A stretch of DNA of 64,000 nucleotides from Lytechinus pictus (GCF_037042905.1 NC_087251.1:10294001-10358000), one strand, 5' to 3'. Positions 13,347-26,900 are shown, numbered from the stretch's first letter. Notes: generated by a model not told the origin, from the letters alone. A program made the numbers and translations.

Positions 13347-13591
13347 CAGTGGCATATCTAGGAGGGGGGGATACATGAGGCAAGTGTTCTAATCACGCCA
13401 TTTCCAACATCTAGCATCAAAAGGCTAGCAATGAATCATGCCCCTTCCAACTAATACTTGGTACCGATTGATTGCTTTTGTTGTCCATAAGATTTGAAAA
13501 TTCTTATCTTTTTGGTAATGTTGCTTTTAATCACCTCCTCCAGGAGTGGTGGCTGGGGAACATACCACTTTGTCTCCTAGATACGCTACAG
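13347..13591. mobile_element. Degenerate hAT-like MITE
   Basis: cagtggcatatctag / ctagatacgctacag termini, poly-G. Confidence 0.5.
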
Positions 13592-13994
13592 TAACTCCTA
13601 CTTTCCTTTATACGATTAGATAATCTTTGAGTTGATTGCTTACGTAATGAATGAAATCATTACATTACACATTACACTTATCATGGAATACAAGTTAATA
13701 TTGCACTTTCAAGTGAAAAAAATATATCCTATACTTTTCACTCCAACTATCAGCTGCCGTATGAATATTGTGTTTGTTTCTACATCAGATTATTCAAATA
13801 TATAATTTCATTTATCAATAAACACATTCATGTACATGATATCTTGATATGTACCAAATGAGTCAAGACATGTAACAGTGTTAGATTTAGCACATATATT
13901 AATACTCAAGTTGTGCTCTTACACCATGAACTAATGTATGACTGCACTGAGAGATATGATGGAAATTGAATGTAAGATAGTTGTTTGTTTCAAA

Positions 13995-14946
13995 TTATTC
14001 TGATAAATCTTCATCTGAGCACAAAACTGTCTCTCTACAACCTTCAAGAAGTAATCTCCCGGTTGTCATGTCACATGATACCCCAGAATCCAAACTAGTT
14101 GGGCTAATGAGTACTTTGCCCTCAGCGAATCGTTTGAGAGCTATCAGAGATGGATACTTGTCAGCATCAAGGGAAAGGTCTGATGTATCAAAGGTGTCGC
14201 TGCGGTTGAATTCTTTAATCATATCATGGCGCTCTTCATCAGATATGCACAGGCAGGAGTCATTGCTACTTTCCACACTTTCACTGCTCTTGTCTTTGTT
14301 TGATTCATTGTTGAATAGTCGAAAGCCACCAGGATGAGGGCATTCTAAATTAAGCTCTGCCAAAATTGGATTCTCTCTATTATTGTGCATGTTTTCTAAT
14401 GATCCAGTGATTCCTGAGTAGGGATTTGTATCATGTTGTGTTTCCTGTATTTGAATGGCACTATGGGTAATCTGATCATCAGTCTTGGGGTGTCCTGCAT
14501 AATAAGCTCTATTGTCCACACTGCGTCCGAATGGAAAGAAGTCCTGTGGGATCCAGGATGGTGGAATTTGTTTCTGGTGATTCAGACTGGTCAGACTCAA
14601 ACTCACAGGCATCATACGTTTGCATGGACTAACCAAACTAAGATTCTGGGTGCTTCGGCTCTGTAGTGCCACTCCTGTTGGGATCTTCAGCATGGGCGTG
14701 GCTAAGAGGCTATCTTGTACCGTATCCTCATTGGCTGCTTCCAACATTGGGCTCTCTTCTACGTTTAAATCCTCGCTATCATCATCAGAGCTTGAATCTT
14801 CATAGCAGTAGCATTGCTGTTTCTCAGCATCAAACTCCATATAACAGACATTTTCTTCCATCATTTCTTCAAGTTTATTGCGAAGCTCTGTGAAACCTGG
14901 CCTGAGTTCAGGGTCATCGCACCAAGTCGCCTCCATTAGACTGAAT
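13995..14946 (-). CDS. RTK terminal exon: subdomain XI ([18 protein letters not shown]) + ~290-aa acidic Ser-rich tail
   Basis: Contains ORF 13995..14936 (313 aa); cacactag acceptor, phase 2; stop TAA at 13995. Confidence 0.92.
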
Positions 14947-17900
14947 CTAGTGTGGTATGAAGTATATGTATAGAGCAGAACATGAGATTATTAAAGCAAA
15001 ACTTTCTGAACACAATTTTCAAAAATTTCAATCCAAGCCCTTCATATGCATCTATAAAACAAGCAAGACAAGATCTAGGCAGTAACAAAAATCTTTGCAA
15101 ATGATTGCACAATTAATTGTTTACGGATTCGATTGTTCACTTTATGTATTTAATTGTGCACACTACTCACATGATCAATTATATTGTTTCTGTATTACAG
15201 GGCCCTTCCATTCAAAATTCTGCTTTAAAATATTTACACATTACATTCAAAATGGCACAATTCTGCAAGGAAAAAACTTCCATGGGAGTTCACATCGACT
15301 TTTTAAGAAATATGTAGTTACATCATAAAATAATGAGATTTATGATAAAAATTGTAAATTTTCTGCAACCTCTCGTAATACCAAGACTGAAATAGAATGT
15401 CTTACATTTGTGGAGAGCAGTTTTCAGGTTTCTCCATGCGGTAGCCTCCTTTCAGAAGTTTTGGCATGTCTTTATTTGAGATGCCTGGATATGGTGCAGC
15501 ACCAAGTGTCACAATCTCAAACAACACAACTCCATAGGACCATCTGGATTGGAAGAAAATGAATTTATATAACTCTTATCTCATATTTATGAATATTGTT
15601 TCTTTATTATCAAACAAAACAATTATATAAGTAAAGGCCATTTGCTCTATTAGGAACCCTTATAAATGTCTTGAGCCACTTTTGGCCATGTCTTAATGAC
15701 GAACCCACTCAGTTTTGTTTCCCTTCTACTCCTCCCATTTCAGCAGAGAAAATGTGGGAGTAAGAAGGGCATATATGCTTAACAGAATTCCTGGTGAAAG
15801 ACTTAAACATAAGTGGCTACGATTTTAAGGCAGACACATTATAATCATGACATGAAAACAAATTACTTCAAGGATGTTTTGATATGCTCATTTTTAAATC
15901 AAGGGTTAGGTTGTGATGGAATAATTTTGGATGAACTTAAAGTACCAACAATTTTTCATTAAGCACAAACTGTGTGTGTAATTTGAGAATTTGATATATC
16001 TGCAATCATACTATATACAATGAAAACTTAGATGCTTTTCATTTTCTCTATCTAATTCATCACATTACTTCTCTAATACTTCAAATGACTTACACATATC
16101 CCTTTGTAGTAAAGATCTGATCAAAGATAGCTTCAAGTGCCTTAAAATAACTTACACATCTCCCTTTGTAGTAAAGATCTGATCATAGATAGCTTCAAGT
16201 GCCTTAAAATAACTTACACATCTCCCTTTGTAGTAAAGATCTGATCATAGATAGCTTCAAGTCCCTTAAAATAACTTACACATCTCCCTTTGTAGTAAAG
16301 ATCTGATCATAGATAGCCTCTAGTGACATCCACTTTACAGGAAGCTTCCCTCCTCGACGATTGACGTAGACCTTGTCATCGTAAACATACCGTGTTAGAC
16401 CAAAATCACCAATCTTGACGTTTTTATCATCTGCTACCATCACATTTCTAGCAGCCAGATCACGATGAACGAAACCTTTCTGAGATATATATTCCTAGAG
16501 GAAAACAAATTCAAAATCAGAAATTGTTTTGCACAAAAATAATTTAAAGAGAAAGACATAAAATGATACTTTCAAAAGAAAACCTAACCTTCCAAATGAT
16601 CTCCAGACTACGGAATCAAGGAAATTTATCATATCTTTTCATCTAAGTAATCTATTCACTCACAAAAGCATGCTATTTGAAAGATCATCTACGCTTCTTT
16701 CCTAAGTGTATGGAATTTGAGTTTTTATAACTTTCTGTAAGTATGCTGTCATCATGTATATAGATATGGAAAATGGATAGAAATAACAGAGGTTTTAAGA
16801 TGTTCTTAAATTGCTGGATCTATTGAAATTTGAATTAAATCTTACCATTCCCATAGCAATCTGTCTGGCAAATGAAAGCAAATCCAGAGGCCTGAGTGTG
16901 TCTTTACAAGGAGTACGAGGAGCTCTACCCGTCTTAAATTGGTCAAACATCTGGAATCAAAATGAAGGGTACAAAATGAAAAACATTTACACTGAAGTAA
17001 TTCAATTAACAATGATTAGTGTCTTTTAAGTGTTTGGAGGTTTTGAAATCAGAGCGGAATACTTCCATTGTGCAAGTTAAACATTTGTATTAAATATATA
17101 AGGTTAGTTGGGTTGATTCTATAAAAAGACAGGATGGGAAATATAATTCACATTCCTTGGAATATTCTTACATTTCTTAGATTATTGAGGACAATCATTT
17201 CCTTTAAAAAGTAGATTCATGAAATACAACACATCAATAAAATTTATTATTACTTTTTTTCTCAATTATTCTTTATTAGTAGAAATTATGAAAAGATACT
17301 TGAAAAAAAGAGACTTATATTAAACTTCCAAGACTCATTTATCAAACTTCCTTAATATCTTTTTAAAAAAATCACAAAATTTCCTTATCTTGGGTTATTT
17401 ATTAAGAATGGTGTCTTTACCCATATTGTGGATACGTTCACTTGTGAAATGTGTATCATGGGTTTCAAATTTTGCCATTATTACTTTTAAATTGAGTTTG
17501 AATGCTTCAGCAGCACATCTGTATCTAGACTGAATCTCAAAACTTGTATTCCACTCTCAACGCTGCCAGCCCTGCATGTTGAAAGATCTCAACTAATGAA
17601 ATGAACATGGAATAGAGGCGAGGAGTAGCCCTTTTAACCCACTGACTACTGTCTTTTGTAATTCTCTCATTTCTTGGAGAGAAACTACATAGTTCCAGAA
17701 TGAACTGGGTTAATTGTAATTTCACAGAATCACATTCAATGCTTTACATGGTCAGAGAATGAGGAACACTTCATCTCACCTGTGGACGTCTATTCCTGAG
17801 GAAATGTAATAGGTCTCCATAATAGCAGTGCTCCACCAGGAGACATATAGGATCCTGGATAGTACAACATCCCAAGAGACTCACTACATTAGGGTGGTAG

Positions 17901-20900
17901 CCTAGCTCCTTCATTAGCTCTATCTCGCGTAAGAACTCCTGCTTTTGGGTGTCTTCTGCAAACTCTGTAAGATACAAGATTTTTAGATTCTTATGGAACT
18001 CTCCAAGAAGTAAAGACACTAAACTGTACTTTTGTTGAACAATGTGAACCAAACAACAAATCTTTTATTCAATCAAAAGAGGAGTAGAGGGTCTTTATGT
18101 TACAAGGCAACATGTCAAAGTTGATCATTGTTATCATTCAAACTTCAAATCAGATTCATCCTCCATATTAGATACACATAGACATATCTGTACATGAAAT
18201 TATCAAATTCTCTGGTTTGGACTTCAGAAATAAAGGAATGAAGGAATTTCAGTATACTTGTCTCCATATTAGTTATACTTCTTTTACACCTGTTTGTTCA
18301 TTTTCAACTTGATTTTTGCAATCAATAAAGCTTACTGGTACTTTAAAGGAATTCTGGTGTAATTGCATGTTTCATTTATTTTCACATGACTTTTGAGGAC
18401 ACTCCATACATTGTAAAATTTGTAAATTAGGTTTTAACAAGTTTACAGTTGTGCTCAAAAGTTAGTGAACCCCACCACAAAATGCACTCCTTCATGTCAA
18501 GTGTTGAATGTAGACAACAATATTACAATGTTTGGTAAGCCCAGAAAACAAACATTATTGAGAGTAATCTTTTTATCGCCTGACTTCGCAATTGAATATC
18601 TTTAACATAGTAGAACTTGAACATTTTATATTTGTTCATTTTCTGGTGGGGTTCACTAACTTCTGAGCACCACTGTATATCCAGTTTAGATGCGAACCCC
18701 CCACCGCTTATCTCTAAGTATGTATATACAGGGTGTTTCTAAAAAAAGGTAACCAAAGTTCAAAGGTCAGCTATATCAAGAATACATATCAAATTCTTGT
18801 GATTTCTATTCTGCATAACTGAGTAACTTTCCTGCATCACAATTGTCACGAGATACAGAGTTATATGGTCCGTTTTTTTTAGAAACACCCTGTATATACT
18901 CCCCTATGGAGGCTCACTATGTAACATCTTGACAGCAACCACAGTATGTTCGCCGTGGGTTGCTTCCCTTGGTACGATAGCAGATAGGGATGATTGGTGA
19001 CTCCAGATACGCCCGACCACCAGGCCCTTCAACACCTGACCAAAGGCACCCTCACCCAGAACATCTCCTACTTTGATACGTGCAGGGCTGATCTCCCAGC
19101 GGTCCATCACATCAGGTTTGACTTGAGACCTGGAGGATGGCAAACAGAGGAAGATTTGTTATCTAGTGTCAAAGTTCAAGAAAACTCTAGCATCTCCTGT
19201 ATCATCTGCTGAGAGTTGGAAAGGTGGTTACTTTTAAGATACTTAGAATTGGAAGTATTTTATATCATAAATAAAAATGAAATCAGTCAAATTGCTTCTT
19301 AAACTTTAAAGTAGTTGGCTGCTGTAAACATGGTTGTGTGATTTATTTTGGTAACTGTAAAAACAATATATAGCATTAAATGCATGAACCTTATAACTAC
19401 CATTGCTAACATTGGTAAATAAAATTGCATATACATACAATTTTTACTTTCAATTGAAAAAAAAATGTCTTCCATCAAAATGAGACGGTTTAAAGTTCAT
19501 ATGCATTATTTGTGTTTGCTTCAAGCATTGAATTATAACACTACTCTATTCACGAGATCGAAATATTTTTGTTAAAAGCCGTTGTCAATCTTAAAGATAC
19601 ACCTATTTTTATCATGTAAATAAAATTACTACAGACCTCTACAATTACTTCTTAGGAGTCACAAAAACTTAGTTTATGTATCCTTGTAGAGTTTGGAAAT
19701 TTAAAGCTATGCTCTAATATGTATATAATTAATTGTATGTTGAAAGAGAGAATTGAGTTAAAATTGATCCTGTTCTTGCAGATTAAAGAAAATTGATTAA
19801 CTTACGTGCTAAGTAAAGCCGGGTATGAAGGTGAGGAGTATATATTAGGTATACTCTCTTCATCTCGTGATAGATTAGCCTTGGATATACTCCTCTGTCT
19901 CCGGTATGCACAGGTCCCACAGCAGATCAGGAAAACCACAATAAGGACCAGGGCTAGCGGTCCAACGATGTACAGGCTTAGTTTATGAAAGGGAAGTCTT
20001 GTTGGGGGATATGGTATGGTCACAACGTAAGACCCCTCTGTGTTATGCACTCTTGTAGAAGACATTGTCGGCAAAACACCTGGATAAATACATTAAGTTT
20101 GCAGTATAATGACTTCAATCCTCATCAAATTGAAAAAAAAATCTACTTGTCTATAATAAAATTCTAGGAACAATTATTTTTGTTTACAGTTATATCATAA
20201 GATGAATTCCTCAACTGCACCAAGAACTGAATGCAACAGTTAAATCTGGGGTAATTTAAACAAAGCACCTTAGAATAGATTATATCTAGATAGATGGAGT
20301 TTACGTAAATGCTTATCACCATACATACATGTGCATATCTTATCATGACTGTTTTTCCTTCTTCCTCATTGCAGTTATTATAAAACGGAGAGAAAATTTG
20401 TTTACTTCAATATATTTATAATAACCAAACTGACAACACATACATTTTCTTACATTTATAATTTCGCACTTTGAGCAAAAGAGAAAAATTGTTATCCCAA
20501 TTTCAATAAACATATTTAGCAAGTTTCAGGTAAATTGTGTGATTAATGGGATCCTTACCTGTAGTGAATCGAATGTTAGGATGACTACCGATAGATCGAG
20601 CATCATGTTCATCCTCGTAGGTATAATAATAACCAATTATCTGAAAGACAAAAACAGATAACAAATGGCACAATATTTTACAAATAAAAATCATCACAAG
20701 TGAGCATTGATAGAGAAGTTAATGGCAGAATATCATATACAATCTAAATACGCTCTTATTAAAGAACGTTTTCCAGTTATGTTTTTGCGTATCCTTATCA
20801 GTACGTTTTATGCAATGGGAGTTGACGTCACAATGACAAAACAGCTGACTGATCAGCTGATATTTTTGTGGTCTGTATAAATAACTGCCACTTTGAATTG

Positions 20901-23900
20901 TTAGAATATGAAGCTGATAAGTGGAAATGATTGTATGGGCCACCATCTTCAATGTCATCATGTATAAAATACTTCTCTTTGTTATTCTAGAAAGTATAAG
21001 GAATGCGACATGGATTTTAAATACATGGGTGGGTAATTTCCATTCATCTTTATCTAGATTTCAGGACTTCTGGGATGTTTTTGTGGATTGTTGAGCATGT
21101 TTTTCGACAATTAATGTGTGGAGTGTTAAAAAATGAGTAAATGGACCTCCATTATATCAATATTTTTAGCTCTTAATACATTCCTCTACAACATAATCTG
21201 ATAACAAGTGGAACGCCTCTGGCAGTCTCGCCTGCATTACGTGATTCGATATAGCAGCAGTGCTGACTTTGAAAACGGCTTTTGGATAATTGTTCACAAA
21301 AGAAAACATTCATGATAATATATACTATGTCCATTGAACCAAAATGACCTTTGACCATGATCATGTGATCTAAGATGTGTGCAAAACAATCATTTATACT
21401 CGATTACCCTTATGTCTATGTTTCATGAACTAGATCCATAACTTATAAAGTTATGATGCCAATTCAACAAATACCCCAAAAATGACCAAAGTTCATTGAC
21501 CCTAAATGACCTTTGACCTTGGTCATGTGACCTGAAACTCACTCAGGATGTTCAGTGATACTTGATTACTCTTATGTCCAAGTTTTATGAACTAGATCCA
21601 TGAACTTTTAAAGTTATGATGGTAATGCAACAAATACCTTTAACATGCCCAAAGTACATTGACCGTAGATTACCTTTGACCTTGGTCATGTGACTTGAAA
21701 CTTGGGCAGGATGTTCAGTAATACTTCATTATCTTTATGTGTAAGTTTCATGATCTAGGTCTATATACTTTCTAAAATTATGATGACATTTTAAGAACTT
21801 AACCTGAGGTTAAGATTTGATGTTGATGCCGCCGTCGAAAAAGCAGCGCCTATAGTCTCACTCTGCTATGCAGGCGAGACAAAAATGACATGGATTTTCA
21901 ATAGTTTTCACCATTCTTTGTATTTTTCAAAGTTTTGAATGAGATTTCTAAATCCAGGGGTATGTTTTAAAAATTGTTAGCATTACTTTTTGGACAAGAG
22001 AACTCTGCTAATTTACAAAGAATACATGGACACGAGTGAAAATGCTTTTCTCATCTTGGGTATACATTACATTTCTAAAATAAGGTAGAAAACCCGAAGA
22101 AATCTGCGTGGGTTTTTACGGTAAAAAAAGGGATTTTAAACTCAATGTTGTGATCCTTTGAGGTTTAACGGGGGCAAATCTCTTGATTCTGCCATTCTGC
22201 CAGGCCCTCAAGAATCCATAGATAAAAATTAGCACATAAACATATATTCTTTTGCATGTTTGGCTTATAAAGGTTCTGTGCAAAGTCTGGGGAAAATGAC
22301 ATATCATTTTACCCGGGGAACATCCGTAAGTGTTATCAAAGGAGTGTTATTAAAAGTTTCAGATCAAATATGCATTCCTATTTACTGGGTGAAAGTCAGA
22401 AATTGTATATAAAACATATTATCAAATTGATTCTTATTTGATGGGTTGAAAGAGTTTGCATAAAATTCAATATAAAATCTAAAAAAATTGTTCAATAACA
22501 ATCATTAGAAAAAGCATTAGCAATCTTTGCCATTTCAAATTGCATGGATATTTTTTTCTCAATGCTAATATGTGCTGAAAGGATAACAAATAATAAAACC
22601 CTTAAAATGACAAAACCCAAATGGCAAAAACAATCGTATTCCAAGTGAATTAGCAAAATTATTATGGCTAAACTTATTAATGGACAATACAAATGATACT
22701 AATAAGAATAATAAAAGCAGATCAAAATGAGCTTACACTGTCCCAAAGAATAAGTGAATAGTGGATTATGCAACATTCATACAATGATGATCCAATCAAT
22801 TCAAATATCACATCAATGGGTCCTTACCTCAAGGCCATACTCTGTTTCTGGTTTGAGGTCTGTCATTCTAAACACTGTTGCATTCTGCATGTGATAGATA
22901 TGAAGAAAAAAAAAACCTTGTTGCTCTATAAATTTGATAATATTCATCGTACAGTACCACATTCGTTACTGTTATCCAATTCACAGCAAAATTTAGAAAA
23001 AATTATATTCTATAATCCCTTTCAGTTAACATTAAAAAGAAATAATTTGATATTGAAGGGTAAAGGACACAAAAATAGAATGAGAATTAATAATTGCACA
23101 TCACAATGTACAAGATACAAGGAGCTACACAGATGTTGAAACTTAGATTTATTCACAAATATGTACATAAATGAGGTCTAGAGTTGCACATTGATATCAT
23201 TTTCATAATAGCAGTTGACATAATTCCCCAAAACATACCCTTAACCTGCTTACAGTGAGAAATGTGAACTCAAAGAAACAATCCAATATATACTAGTAAT
23301 GAATGTGAATATTAATCAATAAACTTTGGCAAACTAGATATCAGCCACTCAATTTACCCAACTTAAATAAAATGAAACAATAAAAATAGAAAATGAAGTG
23401 AATGAACTTGAACCTACGGCTAGTATTTTCACAGTTTTCTTGGTGTTTTGAAGGTAGAATAAGAAAGACCCCAACTTTTCAATTTCTCCATAGTAAAGAT
23501 AATAGTATTTTAGACCATGATGAAAGTCTGGAAGGGATGACCATTTGATATCAGCATGAAAAAACCCATCAGAAGACAAGCTGGCTACTTCTGTAACATT
23601 GATGGCTGACAATCGCTTCTTCACTACACCTGTTGTAAAAAAAACAAAAAAACTATTTGTTTAAAGTAATGACCACAACTGGTTGTTAGGTATCAGAGTT
23701 TGAATATCATTTTGACAAGGTCTCATGACTGAGGTCAGTCGCAGACCGTGACCCGGAGGAGACAAACCATTGTTCACAAACAATACAGTGCCCCTCCAAT
23801 CATTGTCTCATCCGGGTCACGGTCCGCCACTGACTGAGTTTATTCATTTTCCACACAGGCAAGGTCTGAGACGAGACAAGCACTGACAAGGCCTTTTTTA

Positions 23901-26900
23901 TTCTGGCAGAGACATGAAGGAATCTATTATTCATGAGCATACCCAGGCACCAATCCGCACTGTAGATACTGATGACGTCATGCAACTGGTGTATGTTTGA
24001 TTCTGTGTTGCAGGGTTCATTAATGCAGTTCAATGATGCAGTTGTTGATTGACTTCCACCTCTCAGTTAGCAGATTCAAGCAAGGATCAATGGTCAACAT
24101 AAGAAATGCATGCCAGTTTCCTAAAGGCTCCGTAGATGGTGCGTTCACCTGGGTTTGACAGATTAGTTTTTTATAATAGTCGCTCTGTTTCTGACAAAAA
24201 TGTCACATCAGACATGGGACCTTGTCTAAAGGGTAGAGTTTGAATTGTTTCTTGCACTTCGCTCTATAAAGAAGTCTTGGTTGTGATGACAGTTATACCT
24301 CCGGTCCAAGTCTACTTGTTCGTTCTGTAACCTTTTTGTGGCAGCGGTGGGATAAATCCATTGGGGTTGGACTGTGCAAACAAAACTTATACATTTACAT
24401 GGCAATTAAACTAATGAAGATGTTTTTTATATAACTTTTAACATTCTTCAATCTACTTATACCTATACACAGAATTGATAGGAATATAAATATATAATAT
24501 ACATATATTTCTAAGGGGTGACCCGTTAACCCAAAACCCACAAATAAGTTGCTAGTGAAGATTTTCTGTAAAGAGCCAAAATAGAAATTTGGTCTTCAAA
24601 AAGTAAACATCAGATAACTAGCATATTTGAAGCAGTAATTCTTCTTCACACTATCAAACTTGAAGTTGTCAAATTAAATAAGTTTCTTTGACACCATTTT
24701 TCCAGAGTGCTTGGATATTTCACCAAGATTGCATGTTATGCACATGAACCCTGAATTTCAAACCTCATTCTTTGACGCGCTCTGTCATTTTTTCTATATT
24801 TAATCAAGTACTTGAATGTGACATTGTTGATCAAGTTTAAGTTACGTATCATGGTAAAATTGAGGATATGCTTTTTAAGCTAAATACAAATATCAAAATT
24901 CACTTAAGGCTACTTATTAATGGATGTGGGGTCGCAGGCTGCATATATCCTCTCTTTGTTTGAACAAACACATCATTAATATGCTTTGTTTACTTACGGA
25001 GCTCTTTTCTTTTGAGGACATTCTTTAAAAAATGGGTGGTTTTTATTGTTTCTAGACAGCCATGAGTTCCATAGAGCTAGGAAAAATAGAAAATGATTTT
25101 ATCATAGTAAAAATAATTACTTACAAATGATATCAAATATGCTAATAGAAAATGATTTTATCATAGTAAAAATAATAACTTACAAATGATATCAAATATG
25201 CTAATAGAGAAAAATTGGAGTTAACAACAATTTCTTATTACTCCACAGTACATAGCAAAATAAGGATTAAATGATATCAACAAATCTTTAACAAAAACAT
25301 TGAGAGATAGAGAGAGTAAGAAAGAGAGACAGAAAGGAAAAGAAATGGAACAGATTGGGGAATTAATGTTTCAAAGAAAAATTATACTCAACAATTTGGA
25401 TAGGCTATGCCAGGGAGTCACATATAGTATCGAAGAATAAAATACTCAGAGAACAAAACAAGTATCAATTTAAATTGAAAGAAAACTAGCCTTCATTTGG
25501 ATTGAGCCAAATTCTTCTTTAAGGTGCTTAAGATGAGAAATGGTGTATGCTTTGTTTCTTCAATAATTCAATTGCTTTCTATCTAATGGCATTACTACTT
25601 ACTTAGTACAGACATTAATAACACTGTGGACACACCAAAATGGGCTTTTGACTCTTTGGCCTACACGCCAGGGGCTGTTAATGCCTCTCAAAGTGTCATA
25701 AAACTACAATTTATTACTTGGATTCAGGACATACAGAGCAAATGTGGTCAAGTAGTGATTCTTTAAAGTGAAATACATTTGTAGAAAAGTTAACGAGATA
25801 AAGGACTTGAGAGTTTGTGGAAAAGGGATGCTTTATCTTTCTAATTATATGTATATGCATTTTGTTGAATATGCCAGGCAAAAAGAATCTTTTCTTTTTA
25901 CTCTTAAAGATGATTTAAGTACTTGAATCCACCTCTATTTAAAAAAGAAATGTTGAAATTGCTATATTTCAGAAAATATATTGTTATATGAGTATTCTTG
26001 TATATGCATATCTTAATTGAATCAAATGATCAGTAATGGTAACACATTTAACTAAGAGATGAAACAATCAGTTATGATATGGAACCATACAATATCTTAC
26101 AGAATATCACTGATTTTTTCTCGGGGTATAAAATTTGAAGGAGACAATATACCTTTTTAAGGGAACAGATATGACATGAAAAATGAACATTGAAATTTGA
26201 AATGAGGATGATTTTTTACTTTCTTATTACCTGAAATGTTAGATTATCCTCCGTACTGTTGATGGGAACAGTGAGAGATACACTGGTTACATTTACCTTC
26301 ACAAAATAAAACCAAAAATATAGTAACAATTTTTAATACTTGTTTTCTTTGAAAAAAAAAATTCATTGATAAATACAAAGGAAAAGAAAATATCAAAGCC
26401 AGTCTATAAATGGACAGTTTGATATAGTTGAAAGGCAAAATACATATAAGTATTTCAGTAAAAGAAATCACAGAAAGTTCATATCTTTGACATATAAACT
26501 TGGGTAGCAGAAAAATACACAGACAGGAGTAGATATTGTTAGAGTAGTGGCATCATTATCTGCATGAAAACATAGGTTGAAGCATTAGAGTCCTTTTATT
26601 TTGTAAGAAAATGATATAAATTTCCAATTCCTTTTATGAGGAACTACAACAGCTGGATTCTTGGCTACTTACTCATGATAATTCAAGCTATTTTATCAGT
26701 TAGGTAAGAAATATATAAAGACTACTCCAACCTCCCAAAATATGAATATAACAAACATGACATGCATGTAAAATTCAACTGTAATGCAAGTAACCCTTGT
26801 CATCAATTACTCTGTCTTTATAAAGTGGGTGTCACAAGAAACTATTGTGATAAAATTATAGAGTAAAAAAAATAAAAATCTACCAATGAAGGTATTGTCT

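Larger units (their letters stand above)
9586..13994 (-). other. Probable long 3'UTR of the RTK, with a candidate AATAAA at 9586-9591 (minus strand)
   Basis: AU-rich sequence downstream of the stop; composition changes below ~9550; other AATAAA sites exist, so the end is uncertain. Confidence 0.35.

Noticed and set aside
13981..14893. Plus-strand ORFs overlapping the terminal exon
   Set aside because: Antisense shadows of the real coding exon.
16079..16326. CRISPR-like array
   Set aside because: Head-to-tail near-identical units with no unique spacers, derived from a eukaryotic exon; no cas genes.
13995..20079. Calling the gene FGFR or RET
   Set aside because: The kinase is similar, but the ectodomain lacks Ig and cadherin domains and the activation loop lacks the FGFR YY pair; no symbol assigned without a phylogeny.
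25381..25440. Plus-strand peptide [19 protein letters not shown] resembling an FN3 strand
   Set aside because: Wrong strand, ends in a stop, no splice support; likely chance.
25603..25703. Exon-like segment [16 protein letters not shown]... (minus strand) with a gtaagt donor
   Set aside because: Open in phase 0/2, which does not fit between the flanking phase-0 junctions; the gene model closes without it.
26101..26152. Exon-like segment [17 protein letters not shown] (minus strand)
   Set aside because: Poor acceptor and incompatible phase.
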